Positions 9,617-18,568 of a stretch of DNA of 64,000 bases are shown one piece after another. Source of the DNA: Alphaproteobacteria bacterium (lineage in GTDB: Bacteria; Pseudomonadota; Alphaproteobacteria; UBA828). The notes beneath the pieces were generated by a model that was not told the DNA's origin, ran no database searches, and saw only the letters and a list, made by a program, of their open reading frames with translations. The DNA is taken from contig OZ243972.1 in NCBI GenBank assembly GCA_965214705.1, forward strand, positions 608,001 through 672,000. The letters run 5' to 3'. The number at the start of each line of letters is the position of its first letter. Positions within the stretch are counted from its first letter, which is position 1. A program made the translations under genes and the position numbers.

Positions 9617-10345
9617 TCAGGAGCGGTTCTTGAAGCGCCAGCTCTCGTTGCCGGTCTCGATGATCTCGCAATGGTGAGTGAGACGATCGAGCAGGGCCGT
9701 GGTCATCTTGGGGTCGCCGAAGACGGACGGCCACTCGCCGAAGGCGAGGTTGGTGGTGATGATGGTGGAGGTGCGCTCGTAGAGCCGGCTCATGAGGTGG
9801 AAGAGCATCTGCCCGCCGGTCTGAGCAAAGGGCAGGTAGCCGAGTTCGTCGAGGATGACGAAGTCGCGGCGGCCGAGCTGGTCTGCGGTGCGGCCCTGGC
9901 GTCCGGCGCGGACCTCGGCCTCGAGGTGGTTGACCAGGTCGACGACGTTGAAGTACCGGCCGCGCGCGCCCTTTCGGATGCAGGACCGCGCGGTGGCTGT
10001 GGCAAGATGGGTCTTGCCGGTGCCGGTACCGCCGACCAGGACGATGTTGCGCTTGCTCTCCAGGAAGCCGCCCGTGGCGAGCTCCCGGATCAGGGGCTCG
10101 TTGACCGGCGAGGCGGCGAAGTCGAAGTCGGCCAGCTCCTTGGCGGTGGGCAGCTTGGCGGAGGCCATCTGGTACTTGATCGAGCGCGCCTTCTTGTCGG
10201 CGATCTCGGCCTTCAGCAGCGCACCGATGATCTGCTGCACCGGGTGACGGCGCTTGAGGCCGTCGGCGAGGATGTCGTCGTAGACGGCGCGCATGCCGGC
10301 GAGCTTGAGCCGGGTCATCATCTCCAGCACCTCATGACGCTCCAT
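9617..10345 (-). CDS. istB: IS21 helper ATPase
   Basis: GGTGTGKT Walker A, ILDELGY, TTN, LDRLTHH. Confidence 0.95.
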   Translation of the reverse strand: MERHEVLEMMTRLKLAGMRAVYDDILADGLKRRHPVQQIIGALLKAEIADKKARSIKYQMASAKLPTAKELADFDFAASPVNEPLIRELATGGFLESKRNIVLVGGTGTGKTHLATATARSCIRKGARGRYFNVVDLVNHLEAEVRAGRQGRTADQLGRRDFVILDELGYLPFAQTGGQMLFHLMSRLYERTSTIITTNLAFGEWPSVFGDPKMTTALLDRLTHHCEIIETGNESWRFKNRS

Positions 10346-11849
10346 GACCGGCCTCCCTCAGGCTGTCGTAGCGCTGACAATCGGCAACCGGGGTGTGGCG
10401 AAGCTGCAGGCTCTCGGGCGTCGGAATGTCTGCCGGCGGCGCCGGCTCACGCTGCCGGGCGAGGATGTTGAGCACGACGTCGGCACTGCAGACACCATCG
10501 GCCAGCGCTTCGGCACAGGCCGCGTCTACCGCCTCCAGCCCGTCCTCCAGAACCGCTGCGAGGATCCTCACGATCTGCCTGTCGCCGTCGTCGCGGCCGG
10601 AAAGCCGGCCGCGCATGCGCCCCAGCGCGCCGGGCAGGTCCCAGTCCTTGAAGGGCGCGCCGTTGCGCAGCGCGCCGGGCTTGCGCTCCAGAACCGGCAC
10701 GTAATGCCACGGATCGTAGGCGATCTCCCCGCGCCCGAAGCGCCGGGAATGTTCAGCGACGGTCTCGCCATCCTGGCGGATGACGATCCGATCGGCATAG
10801 GCCCGCACATCCACAGGCTGCCCCACCGCGCGGGCGGCGACGCTGTAGTGGTTGTTGTCGAAGCGCACCAGACAGGTCTTGGAGACAGACGCGCCATTGG
10901 TGGCATGGAAGCCGTCGAAGGGGCCGCGGTAGGCCATCAGGAAGCGCTGCTCCTCCTCGAACACCTGCCACACCGTCTTGCCCGCAATCGTCGGATGCGG
11001 CCGCTTCTTGGCGTCCTCGATGCACCGATCCATAAGCCAGGCGTTGATCTCGTCGTAGGAGCGGCCCCGCGGGCTGGGCACGAACATGCGGCCGCGGACG
11101 TGGTCTACCTGCTTCTCGACCTGACCCTTCTCCCACGCCGCGCCAGGCGTGCAGGCCACCGGCTCGACCAGATGATGCGAGCACATCTCAAGGAAGCGGC
11201 GGTTGAAGACGCGCTCCTTGCCCACGAACACTGTCTGCACCGCCGTCTTCATGTTGTCGTAGATGCCCCGGGTGCAGACCCCGCCGAAAAAGCGGAAGGC
11301 ACGATCGTGCGCCTCGAACACCATCTCCTGACCTTCGCGGGGAAAGATCTGGACCAGATACATCCGGCTGTGGCACAGCCGGATGTGCGCCGCCTTCACC
11401 CGGGTCGTGGTGCCAGACAGAACCGCGTACTCGTGGCTCCAGTCGAACTGGTAGGCCTCGCCGGGATCGAAGACCAGCGGCACACAGGCCTCGGACGGCG
11501 TCAACAGCCGCCGCCGACGCCGCCAGGCCTTGGCATAGCGGCGTACCGCGTCATAGCCGCCCTCATAGCCCAGCGCCGCAAGGCCCTCATGAAGCCGCAG
11601 AAGAGACAGCCGATCACGGCGCTTCTTCTTCTCGTTGGCCTCCAGTTGCCGCTCAAGCTCGTCCACCCACGGCCCCAGCTTCGGCATCGGCTGGATCGCG
11701 CGCTCGTAGCTCGACGAGGTCTCGTCGCCGCGCAAAACCTTGCGCACCGTGTTCCGGGAAACCCTCAAATCCCGAGCGATCTTCTTGATCGGAACGCCCT
11801 TCACGAAATGATCCCGACGGATCCGTGCAATCGTCTCCACAGTCAGCAT
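10332..11849 (-). CDS. istA: IS21 DDE transposase
   Basis: N-terminal HTH; [24 protein letters not shown]. Confidence 0.95.
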   Translation of the reverse strand: MLTVETIARIRRDHFVKGVPIKKIARDLRVSRNTVRKVLRGDETSSSYERAIQPMPKLGPWVDELERQLEANEKKKRRDRLSLLRLHEGLAALGYEGGYDAVRRYAKAWRRRRRLLTPSEACVPLVFDPGEAYQFDWSHEYAVLSGTTTRVKAAHIRLCHSRMYLVQIFPREGQEMVFEAHDRAFRFFGGVCTRGIYDNMKTAVQTVFVGKERVFNRRFLEMCSHHLVEPVACTPGAAWEKGQVEKQVDHVRGRMFVPSPRGRSYDEINAWLMDRCIEDAKKRPHPTIAGKTVWQVFEEEQRFLMAYRGPFDGFHATNGASVSKTCLVRFDNNHYSVAARAVGQPVDVRAYADRIVIRQDGETVAEHSRRFGRGEIAYDPWHYVPVLERKPGALRNGAPFKDWDLPGALGRMRGRLSGRDDGDRQIVRILAAVLEDGLEAVDAACAEALADGVCSADVVLNILARQREPAPPADIPTPESLQLRHTPVADCQRYDSLREAGHGAS

Positions 11850-12559
11850 CTCCCCCTCGCCTCGTCCGTCCAACGACGAGGCGTGTTCATGGTCACCAAT
11901 CCAAGGGGGGTCAATTTTGGACGCCGATCACCCCCAAGAGGGGGGCACTTTTCCACGCTTAACAACAGCCTCGAGGATGTGCGCTTCGTCCACGATCAGC
12001 AGATTCAGGCGCGCGAGGAACCGCTTGAAGGCGGGAACGGCGAGGTTGCGCATCAGCCACGCGTGACCGACATCTGGAGTGGCGATGACGATCCGCGCCC
12101 TCTCAAGCGCTTCCTTGCGATCCGGTTGCGGCACGTCGCCGGTGACGATTGCAATCCACTCCCCGGGCATCCCCGCCATCTCGAGAGCCCGCCGCCAGCT
12201 TACATCCTGGTCGGCCGCGAGCGCCTTGAGCGGATAGAACACCAGGATCCGGGCATCACCGTCATCCTGAAGCGTCTTGAAAGCCGCGGCCTGGAACACA
12301 AGCGACTTGCCAGACGCGGTTCCCGTTGAAAGCACCACGTTGCTGCCGGCCGCAAATGCTTCCAGTGCGAGGGCCTGATGCCGCCAGAGAGCGCCTTTGA
12401 GCGCGTCGTACGCCAGTAGCCAGCTGCTGACGGAGCCTCTCCGGCAAGTATCCGGGACTGGCAAGATCCTCTCTTCGCGCGCCGATAGCTCAAGCCGAGC
12501 GACGACGGAGTGACCCGCGTCCCTCAGTTGTCCCTCGAATACCTCAACCCAAGTTGGCA

Positions 12560-12745
12560 GTGCGCCGTGGAAAGGCGCTCTCTTTCAGCGGGTGCGAATC
12601 CCGCCCGACAACTGTCGCTCCGGTTGGTAGCAGCCAGGGCGGTTCATGGAGGTGACGACATGGGCTGAAGCACCTTGGTGGAAAAGGGCCACCATTGGGT
12701 GGCTCAGCGACCGTGCGGGCCGGAACGTGAGTGAACGCAGCTTAG
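12560..12745 (+). mobile_element. Group II intron 5' fragment (part of domain I), truncated
   Basis: Begins GTGCG (GUGYG consensus) exactly where the helicase frame ends; CGCTCTCTTTCAGCGGGTGCGAATCCCGCCCG, GGTGAC...TGAAGC and AACGTGAGTGAAC resemble bacterial IIB intron domain I; no RT ORF or domain V. Confidence 0.7.
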
Positions 12746-14224
12746 CCAGGGGCCGCGCCACCACCGTCGAAGAGCACAAACCGAAGGCGCACCAACGCGC
12801 CGGCGTCGAGGCCACCCGCGCCCAGCTGGAGAAGAACGCGCGCGATATCGGGCCCCATGTCCACGCCTACATCGTCGCGCTCATGAAGCGGCAGAACAAT
12901 CCGGAGTTCGGCTTCCGTGCCTGCTACGGCGTCCTCCGGCTGGCCAAAAGCTACGAGCAGGACCGCTTCGACGGCGCCTGCCGCTACGCGCTCGAACTCG
13001 GCACGCGGAGCTACCGCGGGCTCGAGAACATCCTGCGCACCGGCGCGGACCGCGCCGCCGCCGAGCAGGAACCCGAGACCATGCCCATCGATCATTCCAA
13101 CATCAGAGGACCGGAGGCCTACCGATGACCGAAAACCCCGTCTCCCACCCGCTGGCCGAGCGCATCGCCTCGCTGCGCCTGCCAGGCATGCACGCCGCCT
13201 TCCTCGAGCAGGTGGCGCGCAACGACCTCGACGACATGCCCTTCGAGGATCGGCTCGCGCTGCTGATCGATCGCGAGATCGCCGAGCGCCGCTCCAGGGC
13301 CCTGCAGCGGCGCCTCAAGAGGGCGCAGCTGCGCCATCAGGACGCCTGCTTCGAGGATATCAACCTGAGCCGTCCGCGCGGCCTCGACCGCAGTCTCGTG
13401 CTCGGCCTCGCAGACTGCGCCTGGGTCCGCAACGGCGCCAACATCCTGATCACTGGACCGTGCGGCACGGGCAAGAGTTGGATCTCCTGTGCCCTTGGCC
13501 ACAAGGCCTGCCTCGAGGGCCACATCGCCCAGTACCACCGCGTGCCCAGGCTGCTCACCGAGCTGCGCATCGCCCATGGCGAGGGCACGACCCCGAAGCT
13601 CTACCGCGACCTCGCCCGCATTGAGGTGCTGATCCTCGACGACTGGGGCATCGCGCCCATTGATGCGGCTCGCGCGCGCGATCTCCTCGAAATCCTCGAC
13701 GACCGCTTCGGCCGGCGCTCGGTGATCGTCACCAGCCAGTTGCCGGTGGCCGATTGGCACCGCCAGCTCAACGATCCCACGGTCGCCGATGCCATCCTCG
13801 ACCGCCTCGTCCATGGTGCCATCCGCATCGAGCTGCACGGCACGTCCATGCGTATCGACGACGCTGCCGCAGGGAAAAAGGCATGAACGCGACTACAGAG
13901 CGCCGCGCTGCGCGCGGCGTGATCGTCGCTCCGCTCCGGGGCGTCGGAGGGGCGGGACGGATGGTGCCAGGCATGGCGCGCGCGCCGCCAGACGCGTGAG
14001 ATGTCTCACGCGCCGCGCGCGCACCATGCTCCACCGCCTTGCCACCGGGCCTTCGGCGGTGGTACCGATCACGGAGAAATCGCGGAGGGAGAACCGCCCA
14101 CAAAAACGTAACCGCGTCGCTTCGCTCCGGGGTGGCTACTTTGCTGAGATCGGGTGGCTACTTTGGATGAGATTCGCCGGCTACTTCGGGTGAGATTCAC
14201 CGGCTACATTGGTGAGACTGGGCA
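12746..14224 (+). mobile_element. Truncated second IS21-family element (istA 3' end, istB, right-end repeats)
   Basis: IstA C-terminus (FRACYGVLRLAKSY...HSNIRGPEAY) ending 13128; four ~23-bp GGCTAC(T/A)T...TGAGA repeats at 14130-14220 typical of IS21 ends. Confidence 0.85.
13125..13886 (+). CDS. istB: IS21 helper ATPase
   Basis: GPCGTGKS, LILDDWG, TSQLPV, ADAILDRLVH. Confidence 0.93.
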   Translation: MTENPVSHPLAERIASLRLPGMHAAFLEQVARNDLDDMPFEDRLALLIDREIAERRSRALQRRLKRAQLRHQDACFEDINLSRPRGLDRSLVLGLADCAWVRNGANILITGPCGTGKSWISCALGHKACLEGHIAQYHRVPRLLTELRIAHGEGTTPKLYRDLARIEVLILDDWGIAPIDAARARDLLEILDDRFGRRSVIVTSQLPVADWHRQLNDPTVADAILDRLVHGAIRIELHGTSMRIDDAAAGKKA

Positions 14225-14317
14225 AACCCGCAGGTGCGGAAGAAGATTGAGGACGCTTATCCGGAACTCTGTGCAACAGGGCTGTACAAGAGCCGGAGTG
14301 CGTGGGCTTCGTAGTAG

Positions 14318-17300
14318 TCAACTGTGGAGCTTGGGAATCCGTCCATGCTCGAGCAACTCAAATGCTTCGAGCACGTAGCGCTGCGTCCGATACTCGCCGA
14401 AAGCCCGCATTTCGTTCTGCTTGAGGGATGGGAAGGATGAGCTTGGTGCCTGTGCATCCAAGATCCACTCGAGATCGGAACGAGTGATCCCGTACATCTG
14501 AGCAAAGATCGCATCCAATTCGCAGCGGAGACCGTGGCGGCGGTCATCATTCCAAGAAAATGGCGGCCCATCAAAACCAAGATCGTTGGCGAAGCTCCTA
14601 ATTTCCTCGGATGTATAAGTCAATTCCAAAACCCGCGGAACTATAAGTTGGACGTACGGATGGCCGGTGCTGCTTTCCCTTAAGTACGCATTTGGCGGCA
14701 AGAGAGGAAGTTGCTTGAGAATGAAAAAATTCATGTGGACACCACCAACGGAAAAGCGTGCGGCCCAGTCGAGAGGGAGACTGTTCAGATTTGCCAGTAT
14801 CAATGCAGATGAGATTGAGCGACCGAAGGCGTATTCTATCGTTGGGGCACTATTGCCCAAACCGCTTTTGGGCGCATTTGCTGTGACAAGAGTCCGTTCG
14901 TTTGTGGCGTTCGTAATGTCGCGAAACGCGTGAAACCACCTCGCAATTTCCGTTCGAACGAGGGGCCCTCCGTCGCTCACAGCTGCGGCTCGCAGGAAGG
15001 TGGCGATGGATGTTCGTTCGTTGGTTGCGTTTGTAACTTTCCTGAATACGAGGATCCAACTGTAATCACTACCGCTGTATTGCCCACTGCTGCAATCGGA
15101 ATCATGGCTACGACCCCAGTCCGTTGGTCGGTCGCTCGGACGATATCCCGAAGAGTGAGTTGCGAGCCAGTTCCGTAAGAGTGTCGAATACAGCTCGGCT
15201 CGGCTCGGCTCGGCTCGGCTCAACAATTGCGTAGTGTTTCCGCTTATGTCAAGTCTTTCCGCAACTTCTTCTTCCGGAACCCAGTATCTCGGAGTGGCGA
15301 CCGCGGACGGATCGGACTTCTCGTCCGCCGTCATCGGTCTGGCATTTCCGTTTCGGATGTCACGGTCGGAGACGCCGTCGAATGTGGCAAACCTGTGGTC
15401 GTACTGATGGAAGAGCTTCGCCTCATAGAGCGGCAGATATCTCTCGTCGCCTCGGACGAACACGTTATTGTCGAGTTCCCATCCTTCCTCCTCCATTTCC
15501 TGTCGGGTCTTGAACAGACCCGAGTCGTTGGACATATCGAACATACGCTGGAAACTCACGCCCCACGGGTTCTTTTCGGGCTGAGAACCGGTGGTTTCCT
15601 TCCAGAACACTCCGGCTCTCCGGTACATCTTGCGTGCGATGTCCATGTCTCGTCTCGTGCGGAAGATTGGGCAGGTCCGGGTGTTGGGGTTGAACAGCGA
15701 GAAGTCTTCGGCGCTGAGCGTGAAACGTCGCTCGGGTTCCTTTAATTGCTCCGCCTGATGCAGGAAGAACGCGAACTCGGCTTCAGGTACGGGGTTGCCC
15801 TTGCCGCTCAATGCGAGGAGGCAGAACTTGATCCTGCTATCAATGCCTGGGAAGACTTTCTCGCGGTTCTCAAAGTCATACAGGCTGACAAGCCGTGACT
15901 GGGTTACGGTGTGCTCGAAGAACGCCCTGGTGGAGTGGTCCGTGGCGATGCCCGTGGGCACGATCAACCCGGCCCGGCCCTGAGGCTTGACAAGCTGCAG
16001 GAACGTCTCGGCGAAGACGGCATAGGTGTTCAGGTCGCCGACGCCAGTGAGCGGGTATCGGCCTGCGGTCCGGGCAAACTGGGTCGTCGCCTCGGCTTCC
16101 CGCTTTGCGGCTTCAAACTCCTGGTACAGAGCTCTTTCCGCCGGGAGCGCGTCATCGCGATTCAATTGTTGGATGAGACGATCACGCGCAGCCTTGTTCG
16201 GCGCCGCTGCGATCTCCGGGGAACGAGAAGCGAAAAACTCCTGCTCCTGCAGCTTGATGCGTTCCCACGGCGGGTTTCCGAGAATAGCGTCGAATCCGCC
16301 GTCCTGCATGATCTCGGCGAACGCGAGATGCCAGTGATGAAAGCGGTAGGTGTGGCTGAGGTCTCGGACAAGGTTTTCGACACCGGGGCGCCGTGGGACG
16401 TTGCGGTCGAGGCGATCGATATCCTCGCTGAGAGGCACGATGTCGAGGCTGTCGCGCGTCTTTGGCGCGAAGTACGTCCCGACGAAGAGGTCGGCGCGCA
16501 TGGCCTCGCGGGCGCGGGTCTCGTCGCGCAGCACGGCATGCCAGGTCGCGCGCTTGCGCTCCACTTCTTCCAGTGTTTCCTCGGGCATGGCGTCCAGGTC
16601 GAGGCTCGAGATGGCGACCTCCATGACGGCATCCTGATCGAAGAGGCCGCGTTGCCCCCGATGCCGGTTGTTCCTCTTGAGGTCCCTGCAGACGGCCTTG
16701 TCATCGCCAGTCAAGGGCTTGTATGCGTCAGGAGTAACGCCGTTCGCCATGATCTCGGGATCGAGAATGCCGACCAGGCTGTCGCCCTGAAGGATGTGGG
16801 GATCGAGGAACGTGAGCGGCTTGCCGGGCTCGACCGTCTCCATCCAGAGCGCAGTCTTGCAGAGTTCGACGGCGAGCGGGTTCCGATCGACGCCATAGAT
16901 GCAGTGCTGGACCACCTCGCGCAGCGCGTGCTGGCGGGTACTTTCGTCCGACGTGTCCGCGCCGGACTCGATACGGGCGATCTCGGCGGCAAGGCGGCGG
17001 GCCGCAGCCAGCAGGAAATGCCCGGAGCCGCAGGCTGGGTCGACCACCTTCAGGTCGAGAATCGCGGCGCGCGGATCCTCGGGGCGTGCTTTGACGGCGT
17101 CCGCGATAACGGGGTCGAGCGTCGACTTGATGAGCTCGCTGACCAGCGACGGCGGCGTGTAGTAGGAGCCGGTGAGCTTTCGCTCGGACCCCTTGGCGCG
17201 TTCGCCATTTCCTTCACCGGTGAAGGCGAATGTCCAGGGCGAGGCGTCCACGTCGATGACCGGACGAAGCTCCAGAAGGCTCTCGTATACGGAACCCAAC

Positions 17301-18568
17301 TCCTCCGTATCCATGTCCCGGTAGTTGACGCGGGCGAGGCTGTTGCCGGAACGGAAGAACGCGAGGGTGCGGACGGCTTTGAGAAGATGATTGTTGGCGA
17401 TGGCGGCACCGTCGAGGTCGGGACATTCGCCGTCTCGGAACAGGCCACCGAGTGGCGGCAGCCCCAGTCCAGGAGCGCCCTGGGCTAGCGCGCCAAAGGT
17501 GATCTGAAGCCCTTGCCAGAGGTCGCGGTTCTCGTCGTAATGGCGGCGGCGCAGCGCGCGCTCGCGCAGCCGCGAGAGCGCGTAGCCGTTCACGAACACT
17601 GCTCTTTGTTCGTCCGCGGCGTCCGGCGCGTGAAGCAGGTTGCGCTCCTCGGCGGTGAAGAGAAAGAGCAGGCGATAGATGAGCCGAAGGAGCTGCTGGA
17701 AGTAGAGCTCCGATGAAAGCGCGCCGGTTTCGAGCGCTTCGCGCAGCTCGGTGTTCGCCGGATGGCGAAGGAACCCGTTTCCGATTTGACGCAGCGCGTC
17801 GGTGACGCCGTCACGGAGATTCTCCCGAATGCGTTCACCGGTCTCCTGCGCCTTGGCCCGCCAGGACTCGATGATGCAGCTCGACGGCTTGTCGTCGAGG
17901 GGCCGGAGGCGGCTTGAATGGGCGGTGAGCCAGAGGGCGGCGAAGTCGGGGTAGAGCTCTTCCGCGAAGACGAGGTCAAGGTCGGCCTCGATGTAGGACG
18001 GCCGGGTCAAGCTCGGATTGTCGCGCAGGATCCGGAGCTTGGAACCGTTGGAGATCATGCCCCACAGCGCAGCGTCCTCGGCATTGAGGTACTCCTGCAT
18101 CATGCCCTGTGGCGCCTGCCGTCGGCCGTCGTGACCGAGACGCGGATCGGCCCTGTCGAGGTCAAAATCGTGCGTGACGAGCAGCAGCGGCACGGCGCCT
18201 TCGCAGGCGCGGTGTGTCAGCCGGAACACGCGGCCTTCCAGCACGACGCTGTCGGCCGCTATAAGATCGTCGTAGCCGAGGAGCGAACGCAGGAAGGGGA
18301 CGAGCCATTCTTCGACGTCGACCTGGGGCGCGGTGAGATCCCGGCGGGGACGGCGCTCTGAATAGCGTCCGTAGAGATCGTTGGCGATGCGCCAGTAGCG
18401 GGCAAGCTCCTCCTTGATTGCAAGCGATTTCGAGAGGCCGTAGTCGGCGCCGGTCTGACGGGAGGCTTCCAGCGCGGCGACAGCGTGCAGGAATTCCGAG
18501 GGGAGGATGCCCCCTTCAATCTTCAGGGCCGTGAAGCCGCGGCTAGCTCGGACGTTCGCCATGGTCAC
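14318..18568 (-). CDS. N6-adenine DNA methyltransferase (DrmMI/Type IIG-like) with internal SSR and triplicated TRD segment
   Basis: GSYYTP, DPACGSGHFL, GNPPW; N-terminus lacks an obvious PD-ExK; start overlaps the SNF2 stop (GTGA); SRAEPSRAE encoded by the SSR. Confidence 0.9.
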   Translation of the reverse strand: MTMANVRASRGFTALKIEGGILPSEFLHAVAALEASRQTGADYGLSKSLAIKEELARYWRIANDLYGRYSERRPRRDLTAPQVDVEEWLVPFLRSLLGYDDLIAADSVVLEGRVFRLTHRACEGAVPLLLVTHDFDLDRADPRLGHDGRRQAPQGMMQEYLNAEDAALWGMISNGSKLRILRDNPSLTRPSYIEADLDLVFAEELYPDFAALWLTAHSSRLRPLDDKPSSCIIESWRAKAQETGERIRENLRDGVTDALRQIGNGFLRHPANTELREALETGALSSELYFQQLLRLIYRLLFLFTAEERNLLHAPDAADEQRAVFVNGYALSRLRERALRRRHYDENRDLWQGLQITFGALAQGAPGLGLPPLGGLFRDGECPDLDGAAIANNHLLKAVRTLAFFRSGNSLARVNYRDMDTEELGSVYESLLELRPVIDVDASPWTFAFTGEGNGERAKGSERKLTGSYYTPPSLVSELIKSTLDPVIADAVKARPEDPRAAILDLKVVDPACGSGHFLLAAARRLAAEIARIESGADTSDESTRQHALREVVQHCIYGVDRNPLAVELCKTALWMETVEPGKPLTFLDPHILQGDSLVGILDPEIMANGVTPDAYKPLTGDDKAVCRDLKRNNRHRGQRGLFDQDAVMEVAISSLDLDAMPEETLEEVERKRATWHAVLRDETRAREAMRADLFVGTYFAPKTRDSLDIVPLSEDIDRLDRNVPRRPGVENLVRDLSHTYRFHHWHLAFAEIMQDGGFDAILGNPPWERIKLQEQEFFASRSPEIAAAPNKAARDRLIQQLNRDDALPAERALYQEFEAAKREAEATTQFARTAGRYPLTGVGDLNTYAVFAETFLQLVKPQGRAGLIVPTGIATDHSTRAFFEHTVTQSRLVSLYDFENREKVFPGIDSRIKFCLLALSGKGNPVPEAEFAFFLHQAEQLKEPERRFTLSAEDFSLFNPNTRTCPIFRTRRDMDIARKMYRRAGVFWKETTGSQPEKNPWGVSFQRMFDMSNDSGLFKTRQEMEEEGWELDNNVFVRGDERYLPLYEAKLFHQYDHRFATFDGVSDRDIRNGNARPMTADEKSDPSAVATPRYWVPEEEVAERLDISGNTTQLLSRAEPSRAELYSTLLRNWLATHSSGYRPSDRPTDWGRSHDSDCSSGQYSGSDYSWILVFRKVTNATNERTSIATFLRAAAVSDGGPLVRTEIARWFHAFRDITNATNERTLVTANAPKSGLGNSAPTIEYAFGRSISSALILANLNSLPLDWAARFSVGGVHMNFFILKQLPLLPPNAYLRESSTGHPYVQLIVPRVLELTYTSEEIRSFANDLGFDGPPFSWNDDRRHGLRCELDAIFAQMYGITRSDLEWILDAQAPSSSFPSLKQNEMRAFGEYRTQRYVLEAFELLEHGRIPKLHS
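15193..15221. repeat. Pentanucleotide SSR (GCTCG)5+GCTC, i.e. (GAGCC)n on the coding strand
   Basis: Read directly; lies in the MTase coding sequence just upstream of the repeated TRD segments. Confidence 0.95.

Larger units (their letters stand above)
9414..11967 (-). mobile_element. Complete IS21-family element
   Basis: TGT...ACA ends with repeated ATCGGC..CAAAATTGACCCC motifs; 8-bp target duplication GCCTCGAG (9406-9413, 11968-11975); istA-istB. Confidence 0.93.
9351..12559 (-). pseudogene. YprA/MrfA (DrmB/Hrq1-like) DEAH helicase remnant, split by IS21 and truncated at both ends
   Basis: 12559-11968: LWRHQ...STGTASGKS...YPLKALAADQ...TPD...IVDEAHILEA; continues across the IS21 at 9405 as VFGSNAAFLFRRILAAA*. 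Confidence 0.82.

Noticed and set aside
12583-12612. tRNA-like T-arm (GCGGGTGCGAATCCCGC)
   Set aside because: No cloverleaf or CCA; better explained as a group II intron domain I stem.
14130-14220. Four ~23-bp direct repeats as a possible CRISPR array or iterons
   Set aside because: No spacers and degenerate copies; they lie at the IS21 end after istB, where multiple transposase-binding repeats are normal.
14825-15170. Diversity-generating retroelement TR/VR pair or invertible shufflon
   Set aside because: Differences are not adenine-specific, no reverse transcriptase is in the window, and the cassettes are in direct orientation with no inverted recombination sites that I could see.
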